From Octopus sinensis (taxonomy: Eukaryota), in assembly GCF_006345805.1 (NCBI RefSeq), contig NW_021832206.1:1-38168 (forward strand): a DNA stretch of 38,168 nucleotides, written 5' to 3'. This document shows, one piece after another, positions 11,795 through 24,034 of the stretch (position 1 is the first letter of the stretch; every line of letters begins with the position of its first letter). A program made the translations under genes and the position numbers. The notes beneath the pieces are model-generated. The model worked only from the letters and a program-made list of their open reading frames with translations. It was not told where the DNA came from and searched no databases.

Positions 11795-12124
11795 GTCTTG
11801 AGCACACACAGCCTAAACTTATGTCAATTGTGTAGCACGTCAATCGGTATCACTTATGGGGATAAGAGGGTTGAGCCAACACAAGACGGCCTGAGGGTTT
11901 GATACAATTCGCGGTTTTCAAGTGTCTACTTCCTTAGACTCTTAGTCATACCATCATCGGCCATCCAAGCCAGGCATCATTCCTGGACCGCTGGACAGCG
12001 ATGTGTCTGCTAAACTATAAATCCATTGAGAAGAAAAAAGCCGAAACGTGGGCTGATGGCTTACGTTTCTGACCGTGATGTTGATAAATTGGCTGCAATA
12101 ATTGATCAAACATTCTGCAAGTTT

Positions 12125-12597
12125 GGAATGGAATGGAAAGTTTATTGTAAGCAAATCAGAGACTTAGTGAAAAGGTTGGACGAGGTTAAACGAGCTACTG
12201 CAAGACAGTCGAGCTCTACCGAGATTCGTCCTAAGAGTATACGAGCCGGCCTTTGATTAGAGTCACTCTCTGATTGAGTTTTCGGACACGATCCACAAAA
12301 GATCGGACACCTGAGACCTCCGACGAAAGATTCGGATGGAATCGAGGATGACATTCTTGATTAGTGGAAATTTCCCTTCTGCCCCAGCTGGGTAGCGCGC
12401 GCGTAGATCAATCTGTACGCTACTTTAACGCATAGCGTCGGATCTTCTCATACTTTTTTAAAATTTTTTTCGAATTGGTTTGAATAGTGCCACGCCCTCC
12501 ATCCCATACAAGAGACTTGGGGAATCGTCGCGCGAAAGACAAACAGAAAAGTGTCAGGGGCCAAATGCTACCCTCTCAGAACGAAGGGCCGCAACGG
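12125..12597 (-). mobile_element. Non-LTR family A 3' fragment
   Basis: Tail, UTR and ORF2 end; switches to family C at ACGG microhomology (12594-12597). Confidence 0.88.
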
Positions 12598-15500
12598 GTA
12601 ACACCATGGCGTTAAAACACGCGGAACCCAGGCACCTCTGCCAAGCGGAAGCACGCAACGCACCTAATCGCTGCATTGCACCATTTTCGTACTTGTGCAA
12701 TTGTGTCACAACTTACCGGACGGCTTAAAGAGCACGCCAAATAAGTCATCCGGTCAACTGCAAAGCGATTGCTGACCCGCTCAGCAATAACCTAGGAAAC
12801 AAATTAGTGTAACCCCTCGTCCTTTTACAGACTTTAAGGACCTGCACTTGTCCGCGCACATTCTCAGACCCCTACTCCCCACACCAGTTTGCAAGTCCAT
12901 CCACAGCAACCTGAAGCCTACGACACGCACACTCCGGTTTCATTGAGTGATCCCAGAGGATAATGTCGTCTGCAAGATTACCATTTCCGTACGAGCATTG
13001 ACTGGCATAGGCGCAGTGGCCATAAACACATTGAATAGTGTCGGACTGAGCACAGAGCCCTGAGGGACCCCGCGAAGGACTGTTGGCGACTTTAGAAAAG
13101 ACCCCCCTGATGCCGCACGACCTTGTCTGCGAGATTCAAGAAACCCGACAGCCAGCGCCTTAGACACGGAAAACCCACCGTGGCAATGGGAACTCCGGAG
13201 GCCGTCGTGCCACAACCGAGTCGAAGGCCTTTTCAATGTCGAGACTAACTAAAATACCGCATTCCCTTTCTGGAGGGCGCTCTTCATACTAGACGACACC
13301 TTGTGAAGGCAGTCCCCGCATGAGCGGCCCTCCCTGAAGCCCCATTGGAACTCAGGGAGGGCGTCCTGCCACCATCAGCTCCTCCAGGAGCCTTTGTGCA
13401 TAATTCTTTCTAGGATTTTAGATATCGCGGGGAGCAAGGAAATGGCCTATATCCCCCGGGGACATCATGTGGCTTCCCGGGTTTTCCGATAAGGATCACC
13501 TCAGCTACTTTCCACCCTGGAAGGAATCATCCCAAGTCGCAAGCTCCCGTTAAATAAAACCTTAGGCGCAGTGATTAACCGCGGCGGGGCCTTCTTAAAA
13601 TGGCCATCGGGATCCGATCCAGCCCGCCGCGGTGTTCTTACTTCGGGAGATTGCTGCCAGAATCTCCGCTTCAGTAATTTCGCCTGCATCGTCCATTGAT
13701 ATATCCAGCTGGCAGCGCTTGTCCCACGACAATATCTGCTGGACAGTATCAAAGGACGATGTCTCTACGAACTGACTTCCGTCAGTTCCCGAGATGTCAT
13801 TGAGATGGGCTGAAAGTATTTCAACCACCTCAACCGGGTCCGAAGCGAGGGTTCCATCAGAGCGTTTAAGGCGCACTGACTTAGCCCCCCTTCTCCCCGA
13901 CAGCTCTTCAACTGCTTCCAGAAGTCCGGAAAGCGAGGGTCCACCCTTCGGCAGGCCCTTCCTCCCACCGCGAACTTTCGAGTTCGCGGATTTCTCTTCG
14001 GACCTCCCTCTGAAGCCGGCTAATCCAGCCACGAAACCAAACACGGTTCTCCTCGTAAATGCATTTGTCCCGTAGTCTGGATAGCCGGCGCTTGAACCTA
14101 ATTTAATTTAAGATCCGGTGAGGGAGCGTGGAATGTGACTGACCCTGCACTGATTTCTGTTTGAAATTATCCGCATGTATCATCATGGCAGCATTGATTC
14201 CATTATCAAGCGCCTCCAACTCACGTATGTTGGCGCAGTATTCCCACCAGAAGTGAGGGCAACCTGCTGGCCATGAAACTCTCCAGGTTAGCCCAGGAAC
14301 CCACCCGGAGGTCAAAGTATCCTGGGACCCTTTGAGGAACTGGCTCACGGAGTTCGTGCAATAGAGGCAATGGTCGCTCCCAATATCGGGCATAAAAAAA
14401 GTTTTACTAACCCAATTTAGAAGACCGGGACTGACCAGAGCAAGCCCTAGCCAGTCACGTCCTCCCCTCGTGTCGACGTGGTTTGGCTCGCTCGAGGTCC
14501 GGATTTCCAGCCCGAGTTCTTCAATCAGCGTCTTCAGAGCCAAACCATGCGAGTTGGTTACCCTGAAGCCAAGATCTTGATGCTTGGCATTCAGGTCCCC
14601 AACAACCATGGCCTTCGATGCTTTTCAAAGAACTCCCGTACGTGCCAGGAGCACGCCGTAAAGTTCTTCGAGTACATCCCCCTAGGTAAAATGTAAGCTC
14701 ACCTATGCGAATTCTCACTTGGAGGAATTCACATAGCTACATAAACATAAACCTGAACTTTGTAGGGGAAGTACGGCTTGTAGAAGAGGCTAGTTCCCGT
14801 GCCACATATTGACCCCGTCTTTCCAGGGTATGTGACGACAGTTGTAGCCATCAACTACGTACGGACCCCCCCTTATCTTCGTTTCGTTGACCACCAGAAT
14901 GTCCGCACTCGTGGTGGCCAACATCCTCTGAACGGCGTCCCTTTTCCCTTCCAGGGACGCGCGTTCACCGATGATGTTGATCATCATATCGGTTCTTCGC
15001 CAAGGATCTTCTGGCCTCGGCAACGTTGCAGTGTAGCATTCATCTACACTGCAATTCATCTCCCTACAAAATTTTAATAGGGAAACGCATAATTGCACCG
15101 CAGGACTAATACTGTCCTGCGGTACGCGCTCGCCAGGGGCTGAGTGCAATGGCATCTCCACGTATGGGACGCCTTTTCAGCCCCACGTTGTGCCGGACGG
15201 TGCCGCCGTTAGCCGCCTCGGAAGCATTGCCGGCTTAGGCAACCAAGCGGACTCGGAAGCTTTCGCCTGCTTTGCCAACTTTGTCGCGAAGGCTGCACCG
15301 ACCCACACGCAGCATGGCTCACAGGTTCCACACTGGCTTCGCCACCCTAGCGGGTTTGGAAGGTTTGGCCAGTATATCGCCTGCTTGTCAGTTTTGGGGC
15401 AGGGGCGCGACGCGAGGCGGGCGCCTTACCTTTGGGATTACATCCCCACCTACCTTTCGGGTTGCCTCCTTAAACTTGGGGCAACCTCTGAAGTTGGCAG

Positions 15501-16548
15501 TGTGTCCTAACTTACCGCAGTTGACACACTGCCTCTCCTTGGATGGTGAGGGCACGTCTTGCGATCATGCTCTCCACCGCAGATAAGGCACTAGCCTTAT
15601 CCGGGCACTTCGTAGAGATTGCCCGAACCCCTGACAACCGAAAGCATTGGGTTGCTTTCGGGCGGGGCCAGGCAGCTCGGATCCTAATGTAGCCGATCCT
15701 GGTACCAAGAAGGTACCATCCTGGTACCAAGAAGTACCAGGCGCTCGGCTTCTGCAGGAGATCCCAGTGTTAGCTCCGCCACTTCAAGAGGGCGATTACC
15801 CTGCTTGAAGCGTGCAATGGCAGAGGCACTGGGGTACTCCTGCTGCAGGTGATCTAGGAGGTCATTATCCTCGAAGTCCCGAGGAACCCCGAGGAGGAGG
15901 ACACTTACCTTTCTTACCTTACGTTCGATCCTGACTAGGCGATGCATGCCAGGACCGAACGGATTTGACTTCTCCAACTCCCCTTTGAAGTTGGAGAAGT
16001 CATCCTCCTTCTCCCCCACCCAAGCAGGAATTGGGTGGGCTCCCTCTTCAGGACTCTATACAGCTTTGAGGGCTGGATAGAGTCCAGACACCTAAAATTT
16101 TTATGACCGAGGCCTTCCCACTAATAGGGAGGACCTCAAGTCGTGCCACAGCACCAAGGTAATTCTACACTACCCCCGCGCCAGTGGTCTTCTTTGGGTG
16201 TGCATCCACCTGAGCGGACACACACCCTACCTAAAACATTAGGGGGGGTTGGACGGCCGGCAACACGTTTGGGTTTCCCCACCGTGTGCCAACCGTCCTC
16301 GGGTGAAACCTTATTTCCTGCCGAGGAAGAAGAGTCTCCAGTGAGTGCTGACCCACGTGGGAGGGTCCAGGCTTCTTCTTCCTTTCCTCGTAAATTTTTC
16401 CAGAAATTCTTCGAACACCCCCTCTTCGACATAGTCTTTTATTGGGCTTAGTAATTCCTTGTATATTGTCAATTAATATCTTTCGAAATCGTTTTGCACC
16501 ACTCTTTCCTCCTTTGCCACCTTTACCACGTCCAGACATTAGGAAAAA
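12594..16548 (-). mobile_element. Non-LTR family C (H4-led), lacking its own 3' end; ORF1 16539-14984, ORF2 from 14987
   Basis: H4 start, zinc knuckles, VVNETK, VVGDLNAKH, DIGSDH and GVPQGSVLSPTLFN; many indels. Confidence 0.9.
16384..16539 (-). other. H4: Histone H4 N-terminal half fused to family C ORF1 (copy 2)
   Basis: Same junction, IYEE|[11 protein letters not shown]. Confidence 0.9.
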
Positions 16549-17794
16549 TAGCTCTAATTACATCTAGTATTTGGCCTGGCATGCTATTAATAAGACTTTT
16601 AGCGTATTCTATTTTGAGTTAATTCCAAATGGATGATATTTTTGCAAATAAATGTTCCTTTTTCAAAAATTCTCTTCCTTTGATTTTTTCTTTAATAAAG
16701 GCCCAAACATTCTCTATAGGGTTTAAATCTGGGCTTTGTGTTGGCCATAGTAGTAATTCGATATTATTTACTTGAAAAAGCTCTTTGCTATTGCCGAAGT
16801 ATGTTTCAGATCATTGTCTTGTTGGAAACTAGGATCTTTATGTTCGATTTTGTTCAGAAATGAGATCATATTATTCGTTAATATGTTAACATACAAAGCT
16901 CCACCAATCTTCTCTTTTCTCAAAACCAAATTAATGAATCCAATATTGATTATGGCATGATAGTTCCTTTACCGAATTTTATTGTTTTTGTAGATTGCTT
17001 GTTAAATTTTTTCCTTCCGATTTCTCCATACTAAAGTTCTTACACATCACTATTTTACATATTAAATTTACTTTCATCACTTAAATAACTCGCTCCCGAA
17101 ATATTTTGAGAGCATATTGCATGTTTGGCATAGCTTTAATCATTGAAGTTTAGGGTTTTTGGTAAGAAGTGGTCTTTTCGTGGGCGGATATGCATTCAGA
17201 CCATTTTTTTCGTGGTATTTCTTATTGTTTGAGCTGTTACTGATTTCCTTTTTTTCTGTAAATGTTTTAGTAAATAAAAACAGTTGAAATTGACATCCAC
17301 TTTTCAAGCCTCTTTAATTTAAAATATTTTTGACGATTGAGCAATGAATGGTCAACCAGACCCAACTTTTTTGTCCGTCAAGCACTTATTTGAATAGCTT
17401 TTGATAATTTGCAATATCGTGCCAAGCATACTTTTTCGTATATCTTGTTTTTCTGTATGTATTTTTCCAGATTTATACATGCCAATTATCTCTGCCTTTT
17501 TCTTCAAATGTTCAATGATTGGCTATGTAGAGAGGTTACAAATGATTGAATTTGAACGAATTTTAAAAATAAAACCTTTTTTTTGAGATATATAAGTAAT
17601 TTAAATTTGTTCAGTATTTTTTTGGTTTTAAATTTTCGATATCATAAAAACGGGCATAAATATATATTATAAAAAAACTAAAAAAATGTAAAATACTTCA
17701 ATCTATGTTAAAAATAAATTTGAGACATATTTGCAATATTGTCCAATTGTAAATTTATAAGAAAAGCATGTTCAGTTTTTATTTTTGTTCACTA
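16549..17794 (-). mobile_element. Tc1-family transposon (duplicate of 3421-4671)
   Basis: Near-identical sequence, truncation point and TIR. Confidence 0.88.
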
Positions 17795-18019
17795 TAGCTT
17801 GTTCATGGTTATAGGTTTTTGTTTGTTTTCCTGCTATATATTAATTATCCAACAAATCCGTATTAAACAATTTTTAATTATATTTTTCTAAAATACAAAC
17901 TAGTATCCTCTTTTTATCTAAACGAGGTGCAACATTACATTTTCTACAAACTTCAACAAAAAATTTAAAAATTATCTCAGAATTATCCACAATAAATCAT
18001 TTTTTATTTAAAATACAAA

Positions 18020-18427
18020 TTATGTTTTTTCACCTCGAATTCTTCTCGATAAATGCATATCGTTTGGCATTATAGTTACTTTTCCGTGAATTGCGCACAA
18101 ATTACTATCTTCAAAAATTCCAACTAGGTAACTCTCTGCCGCTTCTTCTTGGAGAGCGACAATCGCTGACGATTGAAAACGCAAATCAGTTTTGATAAAC
18201 TGAGCAGTTTCTCTCACGAGTCTGGAATGGAAGTTTTCGTAGTAACAAATCAGTGCTCTTTTGATATCGTCTAATTTCTCGCATTGCAACAACTCCAGTC
18301 GAAATCGATGAGGTTTCTTTACCCCTCCAAATTGTGAAACAGACTTGCGAGCAGATTTTGCAGACATTGTTTCCTTGGAACTTTTGCCTCCAGTAGATTT
18401 TCGAGCAGTTTGTTTAGTTCTAGCCAT
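18020..18427 (-). CDS. H3: Histone H3, full length (small indels, probably read errors)
   Basis: [15 protein letters not shown](VPRKQL)SAKSARKS...[10 protein letters not shown]...([13 protein letters not shown])...DLRFQSSA...RRIRGEKT; the bracketed parts are in shifted frames. Confidence 0.93.
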   Translation of the reverse strand: MARTKQTARKSTGGKSSKETMSAKSARKSVSQFGGVKKPHRFRLELLQCEKLDDIKRALICYYENFHSRLVRETAQFIKTDLRFQSSAIVALQEEAAESYLVGIFEDSNLCAIHGKVTIMPNDMHLSRRIRGEKT

Positions 18428-18599
18428 ATTTTTTTTATTTCAGACAGGACAGTTTCAGGAATGGAATGGAAAGTTTTATTGTAAGCAAATCAGAGACTTA
18501 GTGAAAAGGTTGGACGAGGTTAAACGAGACGACTGCAAGGACAGTCGAGCTCTACCGAGATTCGTCCTAAAGAGTATACGAGCCGGCCTTTGATTAGAG

Positions 18600-21225
18600 T
18601 CACTCTCTGATTGAGTTTCGGACACGATCCACAAAAAGATCGGACACCTGAGACCTCCGACGAAAGATTCGGATGGAATCGAGGATGACATTCTTGATTA
18701 GTGGAAATTTCCCCTCTGCCCAGCTGGGTAGCGGCGCGCGTAGATCCAATCTGTACGCTAGCTTTAACGCATAGCGTCGGATCTTCTCATACTTTTTTAA
18801 AATTTTTTCGAATTGGTTTGAATAGTGCCACGCCTCCATCCCATACAAGAGACTTGGAGAATCGTCGCGCGAAAGACAAACAGAAAAGTGTCAGGGGCCA
18901 AATGCATACCCCTCAGGAAGCGAAGGGCCGCAACGGCCTTTTTCCTTTTCTGAGTGACGTGCAGTAAGTACTCCGAGTTAGCGTCTACCGTCAAGCCCAG
19001 ATAGCGAATATGGCTTGTGCGGGGAAGTCCTCTGAGAATCTTAGGTTCTTGCCTCGGTTTGCGCCGTGAGTTAATTTCAAGGTACGCCGACTTGTCCATA
19101 GCAATGGACAGTTGTTTACCCTGACACCAGGTCTCTATCATTCCGATGTAGCTGGAGAGACGGTGCTCGGAGAGTGCAGGGCTTTTTGAAATATCCATAA
19201 TGAGGACGTCATCTGCATACAAGAGAAAAGTTGTCCGCGGATTGGGAAAAGAAGGAAAGCTGCTCATCACACAAGGTTGAACAGCAGCGGGCTGAGACTG
19301 GATCCCTGCGGGACACCCCTTCGGAGATGAATATCTCTGGAGTGGAAGCCCGACTGGGACACAAAGGAGATACGGTTTGAAAGAAAGCAGTTCAGCCAGA
19401 GAAATGCCTCTCTCGTTGGCTCACATCCGCGGACCACGTCCAATAGGTCAGAGTGGGATACGCTGTCGAATGCCTTAGAAATGTCAAGGCAGATGCAGGA
19501 TAAAGTTTCGTTGAACACAATTGCTTTCAAAGCCATCGATTGGAGAATCAGAAAACAATCGCCGCAGCTGCGCCCTGAGCGGAAACCCCACTGCTGGGGC
19601 AGAAGCACGCTTTTCTGCTCTGCGAAGGAGTCGAGGCGTTTGGTCATAATCTTTTCCATAAGCCTCGAGATCGTTGGTATTAGACTTATGGGTCGGTAGC
19701 TGCTGGCCAGGTTAGCTGGTTTTGCAGGTTTCTTGATCATCCGGATTTCGGCGACTTTCCAGGCACTTGGAACGTGGCTCCTGCGAAGACTAGCCGAGAA
19801 GAGGCGTGCCAAAAACTCAGACAGTTCCGGAGGGCCTTCTTTGAACATTTTCATTGGTAGCATGTCATGCCCCGGTGCGTTGTCCCTCGCCGAGAGGATG
19901 GCCCAGGTCACATCAGCGGCGGTGATTGGGTGATGATCAACAGATAGGGAGTCTGCTTGGTCTATAGGACTGGCATGTGAGTTTCCCCAGCGATCCTCAT
20001 GGTCCGGCAGAGGACGGTCCAGGTGATCAGCAAATATGTTGGGGATTTCCTCCACCGACGCAGGCATTCCAGCTGAGTTCGATAATTCTGGTGCCGGAGA
20101 GTTCACGAGATGATTAGAGAGTCTGTTGTAGGCTATCCAGAAGTTTGGGTTCCTGTGATTAAGACCAGAGCAGGCCTTCTTCCACATCCTCTCAAGATCT
20201 TTCTTTCTTGTGAGTTCAATTTTGTGGTTGAGCAGAGAGATTTCCGACCTTAGGGTACCTTGGTCCGTTGGGTCGGCACAGCGTTTGAGCTTGTTTCGCA
20301 GGCGTTTCTTTTCGCCCAGAAGTTGGAGAAGTTTGGGGTTTTGATGTGTAATGCCCTTGCTAGTTGGGCGCACCCTCCTAGCGTGGGCTTCCAAGTAGAG
20401 TCGCATGAAGTCCGTCAATTCGGCGCCCGAGTTGTCGATGTCCGAGGTAGATTGATAGCTGCCTGGGCGTACGTTGTTGCGAAAGAACAAGTTCAGAGCA
20501 TAACGGTAGTGCGCCCAGTTGATGTTCGAAAGGGTGTATCGTGGTGGGCAACGGATTTGGGTGTCTACCGAGACGTGGACACAGACCTGCATTGGCAGGT
20601 GGTCGCTCCCAATATCGTCGAGTACTATTGGTTCTCCCATAAGATTCGCGACTGATTGAGAGCTCAGTGCTACGCAAAGGTTGTCCCAGCCGAATGGGGA
20701 GCGGTGGTTCCGGGCTTTCGAGGTGCGGACACAGACGTCTAGCCTACCTGCCGCTCTTTCAAGTAACCGGCCGTCCCGATTGGTCACGCGACAACCAAAT
20801 GCCGTGTGTTTGGAGTTTAGATCACCGATGAGGAGGCAATGATTTGAGCTGACAAAGAAGTCTTCGATAAGACCGATGCATGGAGCAAGGTTTTTGCAAT
20901 ATATTCCGCCAACTTTTAACCAAAAGCGCTGGGTTTAATCTCTAGCGAGATAAATTCGCATAGGTTCCGTTCGATAGTCTTGAGGTTACGTGTCTTGAGA
21001 TTTTGCAGGTAGTAGATAGTCGTCCCAGTCCCAGGCGTAGAGTTATTTCTCCATTTCAGGTCAAGGGAGCAGTATCCTGGCAATTCGAAGCATTGACCTT
21101 CTTTCAGCTTAGACTCGTTGACGACGATTAAGTCAGGATGGCCTGTTTACCATCTCAACGAAGTCGAGGTGCCGTCTCTTGACAGATCGGGCATTCACAG
21201 CGATGATTTTTAGTGGCGTGGTCAT
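18600..21225 (-). CDS. Family A ORF2: APE plus RT
   Basis: MTTPLKIIAVNARS...GSDHLP...YRPISL...LDISKAFD...GVPQGSSLSPLLFN...YADD...YLG; a few frameshifts. Confidence 0.92.
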
Positions 21226-22594
21226 TTTGCTGGCGAGCTCCTCTCTGATAGGAGCTCTTCTAGCTTCTTGGGATTGACTCCCAGTTTCAGCAGTGCGTCG
21301 ACACAGCGTTGGTAAAATTCCAACAGAGCATCCTTGTTGTGAGAGTCTACCTTCGCCTGCGTTTTGGCCTGCTGAGTACCGTTCCTTATTGGGCTGACGG
21401 GCCTCGGTTTCACAGTTTCGGCGACAGGGGCCTGCATGCTCTGCGCACCAACCTCAACGACTTGCGTCGTCTGGGTATGGGCGTCCGCCACACACGGGGT
21501 TATTAGCGGCCGTACTTTCCAGATAGGCGTGACCGGCTTAGCTTTTACCATTACCATGCGGGTTGGGTTAGGAGACCGAGCATTGCTTCTGCGCGGGCGG
21601 CCCATTTAGCTGCTGTTGCAGCTTTGGCCGTCGGGCATCCACCATACGAAGCGAGGTGGCCGGGGCGGTCACAATTGATACAATGCCGACCGCAGGGCTC
21701 CACTGGACTTTGTTTGCTGCCTGGGCATTCCCTTCGGTCGTGGTCCTTGCCGCAGTATAAGCACCGGGCTTTTTCTTGACAGTTACGGGACAGGTGTCCG
21801 AATCTCTGACAATGGAAACATCGGACGACAGGAGGTCTGAACCATTCACAGGTGATAAGGCAGAAACCAGCTGTGATTCCGGTGCGGATCAAAGAAGTAG
21901 CTTCAGCTCGTGAGTCAAGCGTCAGCTTAGCAACTGGGATGTCGAGACCATCTCGCGTGAATCGCTCGAGAACGAACACCGAACTGAGGGGTTCCTTCAG
22001 GTGCAGCTCTAGGTCCCGATTGGAGATCCATCGCGGAATCCCCTTTAGGACTAGTGCTGACTTTTGCGGAGTAACTAAGGCAAGTTTATGGCCGCCTTCG
22101 CCAAACGGGTTCAATCTTGCAAGCTCAGCCGAGAATGCATCAGCATCTCCGGGGCTCCTGAACTCAAGAGTGAAGGAGCCTGAGCGTTGTAATGTAATCC
22201 GTGCTTTGGAGGCAGTTGGCGACTTGGATAGGAGGTTAAACCTCTTGATCTTTCCAAGTGCCGGGTTATTAATGCTCAGAGTGAATGTGAGGCCTGAGCT
22301 GTTAAGGTCAGACCTCGGGGGTTTGGTGGATTCTTCAACTTTGGAGGGCTCTCCTTGAACCATCTGGTCCGTCGGAGCACCTCCACTTCGACATAGATTT
22401 CTTATTGCAGACAATTGTTCGGTGGAATCTTCTTCAACTTTGATGGAAACATGTTGAACCGTCTGATCCGTCAGAACACTCCCACTTCGACATAGGTTTC
22501 TAATTGTAGACAATTGTTTCCTTGGAACTTTTGTTCTTTTTTGTCCTTCAGTGTTTGCTTTTGCGTTTTCTTTTGAGTTTTTCTTAGGTGCCAT
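21222..22594 (-). CDS. Family A ORF1, gag-like, with a histone-derived N-terminal mosaic
   Basis: Three Cys/His knuckles; KVPRKQLSTIRNLCRSG and QLSAIRNLCRSGG near the N-terminus; frameshifted near 21550-21600. Confidence 0.9.
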
Positions 22595-22657
22595 TTGTTG
22601 TCAAATTTAAATTATACAAAATTTTATACTCTATACTCCTATGAAACAATATTTTCA

Positions 22658-23340
22658 GGAATGGGAATGGAAAGTTTTATTGTAAGCAAATCAGAGACTT
22701 AGTGTAAAGGTTGGACGAGGTTAAACGAGACGACTGCAAGGACAGTCGAGCTCTACCGAGATTCGTCCTAAGAGAGTATACGAGCCGGCCTTTGATTAGA
22801 GTCACTCTCTGATTGAGTTACATGAGCCTGTATGCTTCTGAGCCTGTATGCTTCTGAGCTTTCTGGGCTTCTGAGCCTGTATGCTTCTGAGCCTGTATGC
22901 TTCTGAGCTTTCTGGGCTTCTGAGCCTGTATGCTTCTGAGCTTTCTGGGCTTCTGAGCCTGTATGCTTCTGAGCTTTCTGGGCTTCTGAGCCTGTATGCT
23001 TCTGAGCCTGTATGCTTCTGAGCCTGTATGCTTCTGAGCTTTCTGGGCTTCTGAGCCTGTATGCTTCTGAGCTTTCTGGGCTTCTGAGCCTGTATGCTTC
23101 TGAGCTTTCTGGGCTTCTGAGCCTGTATGCTTCTGAGCCTGTATGCTTCTGAGCCTGTATGCTTCTGAGCTTTCTGGGCTTCTGAGCCTGTATGCTTCTG
23201 AGCCTGTATGCTTCTGAGCCTGTATGCTTCTGAGCTTTCTGGGCTTCTGAGCCTGTATGCTTCTGAGCTTTCTGGGCTTCTGAGCCTGTATGCTTCTGAG
23301 CTTTCTGGGCTTCTGAGCCTGTATGCTTCTGAGCCTGTAT
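22658..23340 (-). mobile_element. Satellite plus family A 3' UTR element (copy 2)
   Basis: Same internal junction and variant as 6239-6868; different flanks and unit order. Confidence 0.65.
22823..23340. repeat. 16/17-mer minisatellite
   Basis: Directly visible. Confidence 0.97.
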
Positions 23341-23614
23341 TGCATCCATGTTTCTCCGAGCGATAAGGAGGCAGACGTGTTTTAAGAACTTGGATGTTTG
23401 CGGGAGAAAGGCTGCGGAGATCTCGAATGCCAAAGGGACAATTACTAGTTGCATTTGGATTGTTGATATAGTTATTTAAAGAACAAATAAATAAAACAAT
23501 TATTTTTAAAGTGTTATTTTGTATTCGTGTACTTAGTAACTGCCTTTGCACCCTCTGTAATAGCATGTTTTGCCAATTCACCGGGAAGAATCAGACGAAC
23601 TGCAGTCTGTATGC

Positions 23615-24021
23615 AGCTTTGGAGGCAGTTGGCGACTTGGATAGGAGGTTAAACCTCTTGATCTTTCCAAGTGTCGGGTTTTCGATAGTCAGGGAATATG
23701 TGAGGGTCTGATGGGATTGGGTCTCACTCTGTTTTTGAGGCCAGTAGACTTCGGCAGTTCAAAATCAGGATAAGAGGGTTGAGCCAACACAAAGACGGCC
23801 TGAGGGTTTGATACAATTCGCGGTTTTCAAGTGTCTACTTCCACTTAGACTCTCAGTCATACCATCATCGCCATCCAAGCCAGGCAGACATTCCTGGACC
23901 GCTGGACAGCGAGTGGTCTGCTAAACTATAAATCCATTGAGAAGAAAAAAGCCGAAACGTGGGCTGATGGCTACGTTTCTGACCGTGATGTTGATAATTG
24001 GCTGCAATAATTGATCAAACA
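23615..24021 (-). mobile_element. Internally deleted family B 5' remnant
   Basis: 23769-24032 duplicates 11860-12123; 23615-23760 matches B ORF1 at about 11119-11265. Confidence 0.75.
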
Positions 24022-24034
24022 TTCTGCAAGTTCT

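Larger units (their letters stand above)
7408..12112 (-). mobile_element. Non-LTR family B, apparently full length
   Basis: (TTCA)n tail and AATAAA at 7408-7433, then ORF2 and ORF1. Flanked by the 11-bp direct repeat AACTTGCAGAA (7397-7407 and 12113-12123, candidate TSD). The boundary 5' of about 11440 is inferred. Confidence 0.8.
18458..22657 (-). mobile_element. Non-LTR family A, full length (about 4.2 kb)
   Basis: ORF1, ORF2, 3' UTR and (TTCCA)n tail. The 5' boundary lies somewhere in 22595-22657. Confidence 0.93.

Noticed and set aside
15697-15742. Short tandem duplication in C ORF1
   Set aside because: Private to one copy; local slippage or read error.
12594-16548. Programmed frameshifting or ancient pseudogenisation
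   Set aside because: Indels fall mostly in homopolymers and differ between near-identical copies; most likely sequencing error.
21551-21850. LTR or retroviral gag because of the CCHC knuckles
   Set aside because: No LTRs, protease or integrase; the downstream ORF is APE plus non-LTR-type RT.
21852-22358. Antisense ORFs over element ORFs (many in the track)
   Set aside because: Shadow frames of GC-richer coding sequence with no motifs.
22623-22655. 9-nt match to the H2A leader (AGAGTATAA) and 16-nt match to Tc1 639-654 in the A leader
   Set aside because: Short AT-rich matches that cannot be distinguished from chance by eye.
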